A program made the translations under genes and the position numbers. The notes under the pieces are model-generated. The model was not told where the DNA came from. It saw nothing but the letters and a program-made list of their open reading frames with translations, and did not search any database. Positions 44,719 through 57,232 of a DNA stretch of 64,000 bases are shown here, piece after piece; position 1 is the stretch's first letter, and every line of letters begins with the position of its first letter. The stretch comes from an uncultured Chloroflexia bacterium (lineage in GTDB: Bacteria > Chloroflexota > Limnocylindria > Limnocylindrales > CSP1-4): the NCBI GenBank assembly GCA_963748625.1, contig CAVVJT010000006.1:32001-96000 (forward strand), given 5' to 3'.

Positions 44719-45981
44719 CTAGTTGCCGAGCTTCGGCAACTCGGCCGTGATGCCCTCGTTCCACCAGTACATGCAGGTTGTGCACTCGGAGCCGGGGGCG
44801 CCGGGCGGGAACTGGTCGAGGTCGGACTGCTGGAGCTTCTTGCCTTCGGCGAGGAGGGTCTTGCCGGTGTTGTCCACGATCGGGCCGGGGAACACGATGT
44901 CGAACCGCCCGGTGCTGCTCTTGAGCATCGTCGCGAGCGTGTCCTTCACCAGCTTCAGGTCGGCTTCCGGCAGGGTGGCCACGCCCTTGCGCAGCGTCTC
45001 GCCCTCCATGAAGCCCAGCAGGCCCATGGCGCCGGCGTCGGCGTCGAAGTACTCGTAGCCGGCCTTATAGGTCTTGGCCTTGACCTGCTCCGCGATCCGG
45101 CTGTACTCCGGACCCCAGATCCAGTACGGGGCGGTCAGACAGGCGTCCACCTTGCAGGAGGCCGGGTGGTCATACGTGATGCCCCACTTGCCCTTCTCCT
45201 GCGCGACGTCGGCGACGGCACCCGTGTCCGCGCCGGTGAAGACAACCTGGGCTCCGGCGTCGAACAGGGCGGTGGCGCCGGCCTTCTCCTTGATCGGGTC
45301 GTGCCAGGTGTTGATGAACACGACGTCCATCGTGCACTCGGGGCAGGTCTCCTTGACGCCGCGCATGATCGCGTTGCCCAAGCGGAGCTCCTCGGGGATC
45401 GGGAACGTGGCCATGTACCCGACCTTCGGGTTGCCGTCGGCCTTCGCGCGCGAGCCGGCGAGCATGCCGGCGAGGTACTTCATGGTCTCCATCGCGCCGA
45501 AGAAGTTGCCGAAGTTCTTGCCGTTGCTCTTGTACCCGGTCAGGTGGAGGAACGTCTGGTCGGGGAACTCGGTGGCGACGGTCTCCATCGGGTCCATGTA
45601 CCCGAAGGACGTGCCGATGATGAAGTTGAAGCCCTTGCGCCCGAGCGACCGGAAGGTCTGCTCGGAGTCGGCACCCTCGGGCACGTTCTCGATGTACGCG
45701 ATGTGGGTGTTGTCGACGTTCTCGCACAGGTACTGGAGGCCCTCGTAGTGGGCCTGGCTCCAGCCGCCGTCGTCATGCGGTCCGATGAGGACCATGGCGA
45801 CGTTGAACTTGCCCTCCACGGCCTCGGGGATCTGGGTGCCCGCCGCGGCACCCGCGACACAGCCCGTGGCCGACGAAGCCGCCTCCGACGCCGCCGGGCT
45901 CGAGGCTGCCTGTGAGCATCCACCGAGCACCAGCGATCCCGCCATCAGCAATGCCAGGACCCGCCCAGTTCGACCGACCAT
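44719..45981 (-). CDS. BMP family ABC substrate-binding lipoprotein
   Basis: Lipobox VLGGC; DGGWSQAH, GTSFGYMD, W.DP.KE. Confidence 0.9.
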   Translation of the reverse strand: MVGRTGRVLALLMAGSLVLGGCSQAASSPAASEAASSATGCVAGAAAGTQIPEAVEGKFNVAMVLIGPHDDGGWSQAHYEGLQYLCENVDNTHIAYIENVPEGADSEQTFRSLGRKGFNFIIGTSFGYMDPMETVATEFPDQTFLHLTGYKSNGKNFGNFFGAMETMKYLAGMLAGSRAKADGNPKVGYMATFPIPEELRLGNAIMRGVKETCPECTMDVVFINTWHDPIKEKAGATALFDAGAQVVFTGADTGAVADVAQEKGKWGITYDHPASCKVDACLTAPYWIWGPEYSRIAEQVKAKTYKAGYEYFDADAGAMGLLGFMEGETLRKGVATLPEADLKLVKDTLATMLKSSTGRFDIVFPGPIVDNTGKTLLAEGKKLQQSDLDQFPPGAPGSECTTCMYWWNEGITAELPKLGN

Positions 45982-46189
45982 CGATAGCTCTCCTCACTCG
46001 CGGGACGCGGCTTGGCACACGCAGGACCGCGCGACACGCCCCGCCGTCGGTCGTCGTGCTAGGCCGCCATCATAGGCTGCATCGGCGGCCGCGAAGTCAC
46101 GCGCGCGTCGCCATCGGGATGCCGTGTGGTTGCGGCCCGACCGCGTCGTCTCCGCCCGGCCGACGGCGCTCGGGCTACCATCGCTCACG

Positions 46190-47458
46190 ATGTTCCAACG
46201 CACCGAGCTGCCCGCGGGGCCGCGCGTCATCTCCGCCCGTCTCCCGGGCTCCCGATCCGTCGCCGTCGCCGCGTACGTGCTGGCCGGGTCGCGCCTGGAG
46301 TCGACCTCGGAGGCCGGCGTCGCGCACTTCATGGAGCACCTCACGTTCAAGGGCACGGCCCGCTACCCGTCGAGCCGGGCGATCAGCGAGGCGGTCGAGG
46401 GCGTGGGCGGGTCCGCGAACGCCGCGACGGACCGCGAGTCCACCGTCTACTGGGCCCGCGTCCCGCGCCGCGAGGCCGCCAGGGCGATCGACGTCCTGGG
46501 CGAGCTCGTCGTGCGTCCCCGCCTGACCGACGCCGACATCGACCAGGAGCGGACGGTCATCGTCGAGGAGATCCGCTCGTACCTCGACGACCCGGCCGAG
46601 TACTGCCAGATGCTGATCCAGACCGCCGTCTTCGGGGACGGGCCGCTGGGTCGCGAGATCTGCGGCGACGAGGCAGGGATCCGTTCCCTGCCGGCGGCCG
46701 CGATCCACGACTTCTGGGGCGCGCTGTACCGGCCGTCGAACACGGTCGTCGCCGTGGCGGGGGACCTCGAGCACGACGAGGTGGTGGACCTGGTTGCGGC
46801 GGCGTTCGGGTCCGGGGACGGGGTCGTGCCGACGGCACCGGCCGCGCCCGCGCTCCCGGCGGGACCGCGGGTGCTGACCGGCAAGCGCGACACCTCGCAG
46901 GCGCAGCTGTCGATCGCCCTGCCGGGCCTCGGCCGGGACCACGCGGACGCCTGGAACCTCGCGGTCCTCAACGCCGTGCTGGGCGACGGCATGTCGAGCC
47001 GCCTGTTCCTGGGCGTGCGCGAGGAGCTGGGGCTGGCCTACGACGTCTCGTCGGGCGTCGTGGAGTACGCCGACGCCGGTGCCATCGAGATCTCGGCCGG
47101 CGTGGACCCGGCGCAGCTGCCGGCGGCGATCGAGGCGATCCTGGCCGAGCTCGTGCGGCTGGTGGACGAGCCGGTTGCCGCCGAGGAGCTGGCGAAGGCG
47201 AAGGCGTACCTCTCGGGCGGCCTGGAGCTGCGGATGGACGACACGCGCCATCTCGCGTCGTGGATCGGCGGGCAGGAGGCGCTCCACGACCGCGTGTACA
47301 CGCTGGACGATGCGCTCGCCGCCGTCGAGGCCGTGCGCTCCGAGGACATCCAGCGGCTCGCGGGCGTCCTGTTCCGGGACGATGCGCTGCGGATGGCGGT
47401 GGTGGCGCCGGGGCGCTACCTCCGCGGGCTGGATCGTCACCTGCGGCTCGCGCGATGA
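46190..47458 (+). CDS. M16 (pitrilysin-like) zinc peptidase
   Basis: AHFMEHLTFKG (HxxEH), NAATDRE, GMSSRLF..VREELGLAY. Confidence 0.92.
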   Translation: MFQRTELPAGPRVISARLPGSRSVAVAAYVLAGSRLESTSEAGVAHFMEHLTFKGTARYPSSRAISEAVEGVGGSANAATDRESTVYWARVPRREAARAIDVLGELVVRPRLTDADIDQERTVIVEEIRSYLDDPAEYCQMLIQTAVFGDGPLGREICGDEAGIRSLPAAAIHDFWGALYRPSNTVVAVAGDLEHDEVVDLVAAAFGSGDGVVPTAPAAPALPAGPRVLTGKRDTSQAQLSIALPGLGRDHADAWNLAVLNAVLGDGMSSRLFLGVREELGLAYDVSSGVVEYADAGAIEISAGVDPAQLPAAIEAILAELVRLVDEPVAAEELAKAKAYLSGGLELRMDDTRHLASWIGGQEALHDRVYTLDDALAAVEAVRSEDIQRLAGVLFRDDALRMAVVAPGRYLRGLDRHLRLAR

Positions 47459-48488
47459 GGGCGCGCAGCCGACGGCCGGACCCGGACGACGAGCTGGCGG
47501 CCGCTGACGAGGATCCGGTGGCAGTCGAAGGCTCGATCGAGGTCGTCGATCCGGTATCGGGCTGGACGAGCGGCCGAACGAGCCGCGACACCGAGCCCGT
47601 GGCCGACACCGAGCCCGTGGCCGACACCGAGCCCGCTGGCCGACACCGAGGCCCGCGGCCGACACCGAGCCCGTGGCCGACACCGAGCCGCGCGGCCGAC
47701 ACCGAGCCCGGCCGACCGACGCAGCCGACGCGACGAGCGAGGAGCCCGGCCGACGAGCGATCTCGCTCCGCCTCGCGCGGCTGCACCTGCGCATGGGGCT
47801 GCTCGCGCTGGCACGCGCGGAGCTCGAGGCGAACGCCGGGCGTGGATCGCTCGATGAGCTCGCGCTGTTGGACCTCGCCGAGGCGCGCTGGCGCACCGGC
47901 GACCTCGCAGGCGCGGGCGAGGCGGCCAACGCGACCCTCGGCCGTGGCGCCGAGGATCCGCTGGCCTATGTGATCGCGGCCGAGGCCATCGCCGGGGTCG
48001 GGCGACCCGCCGAGGCGCGACGCCTGGCCGCCCGTGCGCTCGAAGGCGAGGGCCTGTCGCTCGATGAGGTCTTCGCCGGCATGCCGCGCAGCCTCATCTG
48101 GCCGGGCGACGCGCCGATCGATGACGACGCCCCGCCCCTGGCCGGGCACCGGACACGGGCGGTCGACGACGACCAGTCGCCCGCCTCGGCCGCCGCGGCG
48201 GAGGCCTTCGCCGGTGGGCGCGCCGCGCTCGCCGCGGGGAACGTCGCGCTCGCGTCCCTGCGCCTCGGCGTGGCCATCCGCCTGGAGCCCAAGTTCGCCC
48301 AGGGCGTGCTGACCGCGATCGGCGGACGGGCGTCGGAGCCGTACCTGGCGCTCGTCGCTGGCGATGCGCTGCGCCTGCTGGGCCGCGAGCATGAGGCCCT
48401 CGCGGCTTTCGACCGCGCCCGGGGCAAGGAGCCCACACCCGAACCGGTCGACGTCACGACGCTCTGGCCGGACGACGACGAGGTCTGA
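47455..48488 (+). CDS. TPR-like helical protein with an N-terminal ADTEPV repeat tract (frameshifted within the repeats)
   Basis: ATGA overlap with the M16 gene; repeat tract; Ala/Leu-rich helical repeats ([25 protein letters not shown]). Confidence 0.6.
47587..47710 (+). repeat. About 7 x 18-bp coding tandem repeat (GCCGACACCGAGCCCGTG)
   Basis: GACACCGAG core at 47587, 47605, 47623, 47642, 47661, 47679, 47698. Confidence 0.85.
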
Positions 48489-48631
48489 CCGCGGCGGCGC
48501 CGGAGACGTCGGCAATGCGGCGCTCTCGCGTGCCAGCGGCGCGCCCGCGGTCGCGCTACCCTGTTCCTCCACCCGACCACCCCGCGATCCGGCGCGCCCG
48601 GCATCGCCCCAGATCCGAGGCTCAAGCTCCC

Positions 48632-49099
48632 ATGGCGGAACTCCAGCGCACCCTCCTCCTCGTCAAGCCCGACGGCGTCCAGCGCCAGCTCGTGGGCCGG
48701 GTCATCACCCGGTTCGAGGAGCGAGGCCTCAAGATCGTCGGCCTCAAGCTGGTCCAGGTCGACCGCGCGCTGGCCGAGCAGCACTACGCCGTCCACAGCG
48801 AGAAGCCGTTCTTCCGGGGGCTCGTGGACTTCATCACCTCGGGTCCGCTCGTGGCCGCCGCCCTCGAGGGCCCGAACGCCATCGCCATCGTCCGGGCCAT
48901 GAACGGAGCAACGCGGCCGCACGAGGCCGCCCCGGGCTCGATCCGCGGCGACCTCGCCGTCGAGACCGCCCAGAACCTGGTCCATGCGTCGGACAGCCCC
49001 GAGAACGCCGCCGCGGAGCTCGCCCTGTGGTTCCGCCCCGAGGAGCTGATCAGCTACGAGCGGGAGATCGACCGCTGGGTGCTCGCCCCTGCGGAGTAG
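48632..49099 (+). CDS. ndk: Nucleoside diphosphate kinase
   Basis: [27 protein letters not shown]. Confidence 0.96.
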   Translation: MAELQRTLLLVKPDGVQRQLVGRVITRFEERGLKIVGLKLVQVDRALAEQHYAVHSEKPFFRGLVDFITSGPLVAAALEGPNAIAIVRAMNGATRPHEAAPGSIRGDLAVETAQNLVHASDSPENAAAELALWFRPEELISYEREIDRWVLAPAE

Positions 49100-49108
49100 A
49101 CGCAGCGG

Positions 49109-50845
49109 TCAGTCGCTGCCCGGCCCGAGGATGATCGGCGCCGGCTCTGCGGCTGCGTCCGCGATGCCCAGCGCTCCCCAGCTCGCCAGGGCGCCGAGGA
49201 TCGCCAGGGCGAGGACGGCCGCCGGACAACAGCTCCGTTCGGTTCCGCCGCAACGCGGCGGCGAGCCGCTGCCCGGCGAGCGCGGCCCGCTCTGCACCCG
49301 CGGCCGCCGTCGCAGTCACCGAAACGGTCGTGGTCGGTGCCGCTGCGGCCGCGACGCCCGCCACGCCCGCCACGCCCGGCCCGGCCGCGACTTGCTGCCC
49401 GGCTCCGGCGCCCCGCTCGGCGGAGCACCCCTGCGTGGCCTCCGCCCCGATCTCCGCAGCCCTCCAGCTCCACCGGCAGCGACTCGGCCTGACGCCGGCG
49501 GCGGCCCATCCGCTCCGGCGCGGTACGGTCCACCCGGCTGGTCACGCGGCCGGCGCCCACGGCGAGGAGGCGAAGGTAGGTCGGCAGGGTCAGGAACCCG
49601 GCCAGCAGCAGCAGGCCGCTCCACGGCTCTTCGGCGACCAGTGTCGCCAGCGAGCTCCGCGAGTCGAACGCCACCCAGCCGGGCAACCCGAACGTCGCGA
49701 GCGCCGTGATCGCCAGCGCGAGAGCCAGCAGGGGTGAGCGCCGCGCCCACCCGCGCAGGTCGGGGACGCTGCGGGTCTCGAACCGGTCCTCGGTCACGGC
49801 GGCCCACGCCGCGAGCGCGCTCTTGGACGCGGCCAGCACGATCACCCATGCCCGTCCGGGACCCCAGGCGGCGGGGTCCATCGCGGCGATCGCGAGCAGG
49901 AGCAGCCCGGAGTCGGCGACCACGAGGTAGCCGGTCACGCGTCGGATGTCGTCGTGGAGCCAGGCGGCCAGCGAGGCGCCCACAAGCGTCAGCACTGCCA
50001 GGACCACCAGCACGGTCCGCTCGCCGGCGAGCGGCAGCGCGAGCGGCGCGATCAGCCGGTCGACGGCAGCGAAGGCGACCACGGTCAGCGGGACTGCGAT
50101 CCAGGCGAGGAGGAGCGGGAGCGTCTCGGGCGGCACCAGGTCGGTGAGCCTCGAGACCCGTACGTGGAACGGCAGCATGCCCCAGCGGCCCGCGACCGCG
50201 AGGCCGACCGCCACGGTGAGCAGCCCCAGCGCCGGCCCGGCCACGGAGCCCGCGCTGCTCGGCGGCGACATCGGACCCGACGCCACTCGCGATCAGCGCC
50301 AGGCGCGCGGCGATCGGGACGACGGCGATCACGGCCAGCAGGACCGCGCCCGCGACCAGGGTCACCCGAAGCTCGCGTGCCGCGGCCGCAACCGCCGCCG
50401 GGCCCTCGACCGCCAGGATCACGATCAGGGCGGCGAGGCCGGTCGCCGCCGCGGCGCCCGCGCCCACGCCGAGGTCCGCCGACGCCATGGCCACCGTGCC
50501 ACCCGTGATGGCGGCGAGGGTTGCCGGGAGGAGGCCCCGGAGCCGCGCCAGGCCTCCCAGCAGCCATGCCATGAAGACGAGGACGAGGCTCTCGAGGCCC
50601 CACAGGCCGACCACGAGCCGCAGGAAGTCCGTGGTGACCAGGTGCGCGTCGAACAGGCCGGTGATCGGCTGCCCGGTGTCGGTGAGGCGGGCCGGCCGCA
50701 GGACGAACGCGTCGGCCGTGATGACCAGCAGCGCGAGCACCCCCGCTGCCACGCCCGCGCGCGCGGCGCGCCCGCCCCGGGGGAGTCCCCACATGGCGAT
50801 GCTAGTCCCCAGGGCGCCGACGACGAGGAGCAGCAGGAGGCGCAT
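49109..50845 (-). CDS. Proton-conducting membrane transporter (NuoN/MrpD/HyfB-like), several apparent frameshifts
   Basis: GMLPFH, RRVTGYLVVADSG, DLRGWARRSP, LATFGLPG.VAF; coding signal split over at least three frames. Confidence 0.6.
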
Positions 50846-50848
50846 CGA

Positions 50849-51574
50849 TCAGGAGTCCGCGAGCCGGTGCGCGTCGTCCGCTGCCCGGTGGCGGATTGCC
50901 GCGTCCGGCCGGAGCGCGTCGCGGATCACGAGGTCACCACCCCGACGGATCGAAGCGGCGATCACCGCGGCCACGCCCGCGCCGGCGAAGGCCGCGATCA
51001 GCGCCCCGCCGAGCTCCGTCACGCTATCGAGGCGAACCTCCAGCGCGTTGGCCACGAGGCCGGCCGCCGAGAGCAGCAGCAGCAGCCCGACGCCGAGGCG
51101 GAGCGTGTCCCGGGCCAGCACGACCTGGGGCACGGCGAGCGCCGTCAGGGCCAGGGCTGCGCCGAGCGCCGCCTGGGGGACGATGGAGCCTGCAAGCAGC
51201 GCCTGGGCCAGGCCGCCGCTCCCCGGTCCCTCCGGGGTGCCGCCGTCCAACGCCGCTCCCAAGGTGCCGACCGCCAGCCACCCGGCCGCGAATGCGGCCG
51301 TCGCGATCGCCGCGGACCCGACCCAGCCGGTGGTCGCTGCCGGCATGGCGGCGGGCGCCCCGCGCAGCGAGATCCAGACGAGGTAGATGCCCAGCGTTGT
51401 CCCGGCCAGCCGTGCGCCCAGGCCCAACGGGCCGGGAAGCGGGTCGGCGATGTACGCAGCGCCCACCGCCGCGAGCAGCAGCCCGAGGACCGCCAGGCGC
51501 GGCGTGGCCGCCGCCACGGCCGCGACCGCACCGGCCACGACGAGGACCGCAAGAGTGACGAGGACGGGTGTCAC
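50849..51574 (-). CDS. Hydrophobic membrane protein, partner of the antiporter-like subunit
   Basis: About 7 TM segments; 3 nt upstream of the next gene. Confidence 0.7.
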   Translation of the reverse strand: MTPVLVTLAVLVVAGAVAAVAAATPRLAVLGLLLAAVGAAYIADPLPGPLGLGARLAGTTLGIYLVWISLRGAPAAMPAATTGWVGSAAIATAAFAAGWLAVGTLGAALDGGTPEGPGSGGLAQALLAGSIVPQAALGAALALTALAVPQVVLARDTLRLGVGLLLLLSAAGLVANALEVRLDSVTELGGALIAAFAGAGVAAVIAASIRRGGDLVIRDALRPDAAIRHRAADDAHRLADS

Positions 51575-51592
51575 GGCTCGGCCGGCCGCCCG

Positions 51593-52186
51593 TCAGGGCG
51601 CCGCTGGGACGTCGGGGTAGGTGGGCGTCTGGAGGATCTGGAAGGTGTTGATCGGCCAGTAGCGCAGGAATGCCCGGCCGACCACGTCGGAGACGCCGAT
51701 GGGGCCGAAGAGGCGCGAGTCCGCGGACTTCTGGCGATGATCGCCCATCACGAACAGCTGGCCCTCGGGGACGACCCAGCTGGTCTGGTCCGGGGACACC
51801 TCCGTGGGCTCGTTGACACCCGCGTCGTTGGCGTAGGTGTACGGCTCGTCGAGGGCGACGCCGTTGATGTAGACGAGGCCGTCGTCCCTGACCTCTACGG
51901 TGTCGCCCGGCTCGCCGATGACCCGCTTGATGAACGGCGTGGGGTCGCTGGTCCAGGTCTCGGGCGGGTTGAACACGACGATGTCACCGCGGTTGTAGGC
52001 GTCCCAGCGCGGGGTGAGCTTGTCGACCAGCACGTACTGCCCCGGTTCCAGGGTCCGCTCCATCGAGTTCTGCTGCACCTGGTAGGGCTGCGCGATGAAT
52101 GTCTGGATGACGAAGAAGATGACGAGGGTGAGGACCAGGGTCTCGACGACCTCGAACAGACACCCCAGGCTGGATCGACGGTTCAC
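51593..52186 (-). CDS. lepB: Signal peptidase I
   Basis: NSMERTL, RGDIVVF, FIKRVIG, MGDHRQKSADSR.FG. Confidence 0.93.
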   Translation of the reverse strand: MNRRSSLGCLFEVVETLVLTLVIFFVIQTFIAQPYQVQQNSMERTLEPGQYVLVDKLTPRWDAYNRGDIVVFNPPETWTSDPTPFIKRVIGEPGDTVEVRDDGLVYINGVALDEPYTYANDAGVNEPTEVSPDQTSWVVPEGQLFVMGDHRQKSADSRLFGPIGVSDVVGRAFLRYWPINTFQILQTPTYPDVPAAP

Positions 52187-52355
52187 GAGCGGGGAGTATA
52201 GGGGTCGGGGGCTCTGCGCCCGGGGATCGCGTGCGGGGGACTGGGTCTGCGGCCGTCGGCGGGTAGGGCCGTCTGGCCCGGGAGGACCGGTCCGGGAGTC
52301 GAATGCATAGGCTCCATGGGTCTCTGCATCCCATCCACCAGGGCCCGGAAGTCGT

Positions 52356-52385
52356 TTGACCCGTGCGAACGCGCACGCATACACT
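52356..52385 (+). promoter_or_regulatory. Sigma70-type promoter of hppA
   Basis: TTGACC-18 nt-TACACT, about 160 nt upstream of the ATG. Confidence 0.55.
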
Positions 52386-52544
52386 CTGCCGGCCGACGCG
52401 GCGGTTCCCCTGCGTTCCGAACCCCCGTTGGCGACGTGCCCACGTCAGGCGCGGGTGCCCGCGCTCCCGCCCGGCGTTCGCTCGACGAGACAACGACGGA
52501 TCACCGGTGTTCCGAACCCTGGGTAGGAGGCTCTGCAGACGCTG

Positions 52545-54776
<2,232 letters not shown>

Positions 54777-54909
54777 GCCGCGCCACCTGACGGGCTATGC
54801 CGTTGTTGCCGCCTGCGGGCGCTCGCTCACGCACGGCGGGGTGCGCTCGCTGCGCGTCCTCGGCGGCGCCCAGGCCTGGCCGCGTCATCCGGCGCGGCCA
54901 GGAGATGTG

Positions 54910-55735
54910 ATGGAGCAGATCCTCCAGGCGCTGGTCATGGGGATCGCCCAGGGGCTCACCGAGTTCCTGCCGATCTCCTCGTCCGGCCACGCCATCCTGC
55001 TCCCGTACCTGCTGGGCTGGGACGACGCATTCATCGAGTCGCTGGCGTTCTCCGTCGTGCTCCACGCCGGCACGCTGGCTGCGCTGCTCGTCTACTTCCG
55101 CGAGGACTGGGCGAGGCTCGTGCCCGCCTTCTTCGCGGGGTTGCGGGACCGCTCGTTCCGGGACGACCGGGACCGTCGGCTCTCGTGGCTGCTGTTCCTG
55201 TCGACTGTCCCGGCAGCGGCCATCGCCTTCCTGCTCAACGACCTCGCCGAGGGGTCGTTCCGCCAGGCCGGCCTCGTGGCGGTGACGCTCGTGATCGGGG
55301 CCGGGATCATGTGGACGGCCGACCGTTGGGGTCCGCGCACGCACACCATCGACCGACTCACGTCACGCGGGGCGCTGGGCATCGGGCTCGCCCAGGCGCA
55401 TCGCCCTGGTCCCGGGCATCAGCCGGTCCGGCATCTCCATGTCAGCGGGGCTCTTCGCCGGCCTCGATCGGGCCGACGCCGCCCGCTACAGCTTCCTGAT
55501 GGCGACGCCGATCACGGCGATGGCCGTCGCCTGGGAGACCCTCAAGATCCTGCGCGGCGAGGTCGGCGGCGCCGAGCCGATCACCCTGGTCGTGGGTGTC
55601 TTCGCGTCCTTCGGGGCGGGAATCCTCGCGATCTCCGTGCTGCTGCGCTACCTGCGCACGAACTCGTTCACCATCTTCGTCGTCTACCGCCTGGTGCTGG
55701 CCGCCATCGTCGTGGTGGCCTTCCTGGCCCGGTAG
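54910..55735 (+). CDS. uppP: Undecaprenyl-diphosphate phosphatase (apparent +1 frameshift at about 55399)
   Basis: QGLTEFLPISSSGH in the first frame; ALVPGISRSG, AARYSFL, FVVYR in the second frame. Confidence 0.88.
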
Positions 55736-55762
55736 CGTCCCGGAGGCATCCTCGTGGAGGTC

Positions 55763-56227
55763 ATGAAGCAGCTTCGCCAGCGGGCGATCCGCGACCTGGT
55801 GGAGCAACGGCCGATCCGGACCCAGCAGGAGCTGGCCGCCGCGCTGCGGGAGCGTGGCTTCCGTACGACCCAGGCCACGATCTCGCGGGACGTCGCGGAG
55901 CTGGGTCTCGTGAAGTCCAGCCGCAACGGGACCCAGGCCTACGCGCTCCCGCCGCGACTCCGCGAGGCGGACGCAAGCGGCGAGGAGCGCATCCGCCGCC
56001 TGCTGCGCGAGATGCCCGTCGACATCCGCGAGGCGGGCACGATGCTGGTGCTGCGCACGCTGCCCGGATCCGCGCACCCCCTCGCCGCGGCGATGGACCG
56101 TGCACGCTGGCCCGAGGTCGCTGGTTCCATCGCCGGCGACGACACGGTGTTCGTGGCCTTCTCGGACCGTGGTTCGATGGGGCGCGTCCGGCGGCGCCTG
56201 GAGCAGCTGGCCGAGATCCCGGAGTAG
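55763..56227 (+). CDS. argR: Arginine repressor
   Basis: TQQEL, TQATISRD, RTLPGSA, GSIAGDDT. Confidence 0.95.
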   Translation: MKQLRQRAIRDLVEQRPIRTQQELAAALRERGFRTTQATISRDVAELGLVKSSRNGTQAYALPPRLREADASGEERIRRLLREMPVDIREAGTMLVLRTLPGSAHPLAAAMDRARWPEVAGSIAGDDTVFVAFSDRGSMGRVRRRLEQLAEIPE

Positions 56228-56558
56228 AGGATCGCGCCGCGTCGGAGAGCTGGGGTCTGGAGATGCCTGATTGACCGACGGTGCCTCGAGGTGCGCCGCT
56301 CCTCCGGTTCTGAGCCCGCGACGTGCATGCGGCGCAACGTTCCCCGGCCGTCGTGCTGTCAGCCTGCGTCGCCAGCAAGGTCGCTGCGTCCGTGAGCAAC
56401 GAGTTCCTCCCGATCGTGCTCTCGGCCTGCATGCCGCACACGCCGGCGGCACGAGGACCAAGGATCCTTGCGTGGCATGCAAGCACCTGCGCGCCCGGCG
56501 GACGCGGAGTTGGCCGCCGGGATGGCCGCGCTACGTCAACTGCTGCACCCGCCCCGCT

Positions 56559-56587
56559 TTGACGATCCGGGCCTTCGCCGATACCAT
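56559..56587 (+). promoter_or_regulatory. Sigma70-type promoter of greA
   Basis: TTGACG-17 nt-TACCAT. Confidence 0.7.
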
Positions 56588-56601
56588 TCGGCCCGATCCG
56601 T

Positions 56602-56645
56602 GACCCTCGGCGGCGCATGAACGGCGCCCCGGGGTCCTTTTGTTC
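56602..56645 (+). terminator. Intrinsic terminator/attenuator in the greA leader
   Basis: GACCCTCGGCGGCGC-ATGAACG-GCGCCCCGGGGTC hairpin followed by CTTTTGTTC. Confidence 0.6.
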
Positions 56646-56705
56646 AAACCGACCCAGCGGCGGCACCAGCAGGTGCCGGTTCCGCGCCTCGGGGGTCTCG
56701 CCCGC

Positions 56706-57170
56706 GTGAACACCAAGACCACGTACATCAGCAGGGATGGCCTGGACAAGCTGCGCGCCGAGCTCGCGGAGATGACGAACGTCCGGCGGCCCGAGATTGC
56801 CCAGCGGATCCACGACGCCAAGGAGCACGGCGACCTGTCCGAGAACGCCGAGTACGAGGACGCCAAGAACGAGCAGGCCTTCGTCGAGGGACGCATCCAG
56901 ACCCTCGAGACGATGATCAAGAACGCCAGCCTGATCGACGAGCACACCTCGACCGACCACGTCCAGATCGGCTCGACCGTCAAGGTCAAGGGTGACGACG
57001 GCACCGAGACGTTCTCGATCGTCGGTTCCGCGGAGGCCAAGCCGGCCGATGGCCGGATCTCCAACGAATCACCCGTGGGCCGCGCCCTGCTCGGCCGCAG
57101 GAAGGGCGACAAGGTCGTCGTCAAGGTCCCCGCCGGCGACTTCGCCTACACGATCCTCGAGATCAAATAG
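56706..57170 (+). CDS. greA: Transcription elongation factor GreA
   Basis: HGDLSENAEY..AKNEQ, ISNESPVGRALLG. Confidence 0.96.
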   Translation: MNTKTTYISRDGLDKLRAELAEMTNVRRPEIAQRIHDAKEHGDLSENAEYEDAKNEQAFVEGRIQTLETMIKNASLIDEHTSTDHVQIGSTVKVKGDDGTETFSIVGSAEAKPADGRISNESPVGRALLGRRKGDKVVVKVPAGDFAYTILEIK

Positions 57171-57232
57171 CGGAGGGGGCAACGCCGCCATCGGGCGGCA
57201 GGGGCGACAGCCCGGAGAGGGAGGCACCTGAC

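Noticed and set aside
55390-55410. Programmed frameshifting in uppP or the plsY-like gene
   Set aside because: No slippery sequence or stimulatory structure; many similar indels in the window point to sequencing error
56230-56550. TGCATG motifs downstream of argR as ARG boxes or an ncRNA
   Set aside because: They do not form the AT-rich 18-bp ARG palindrome, and no recognisable RNA family is present
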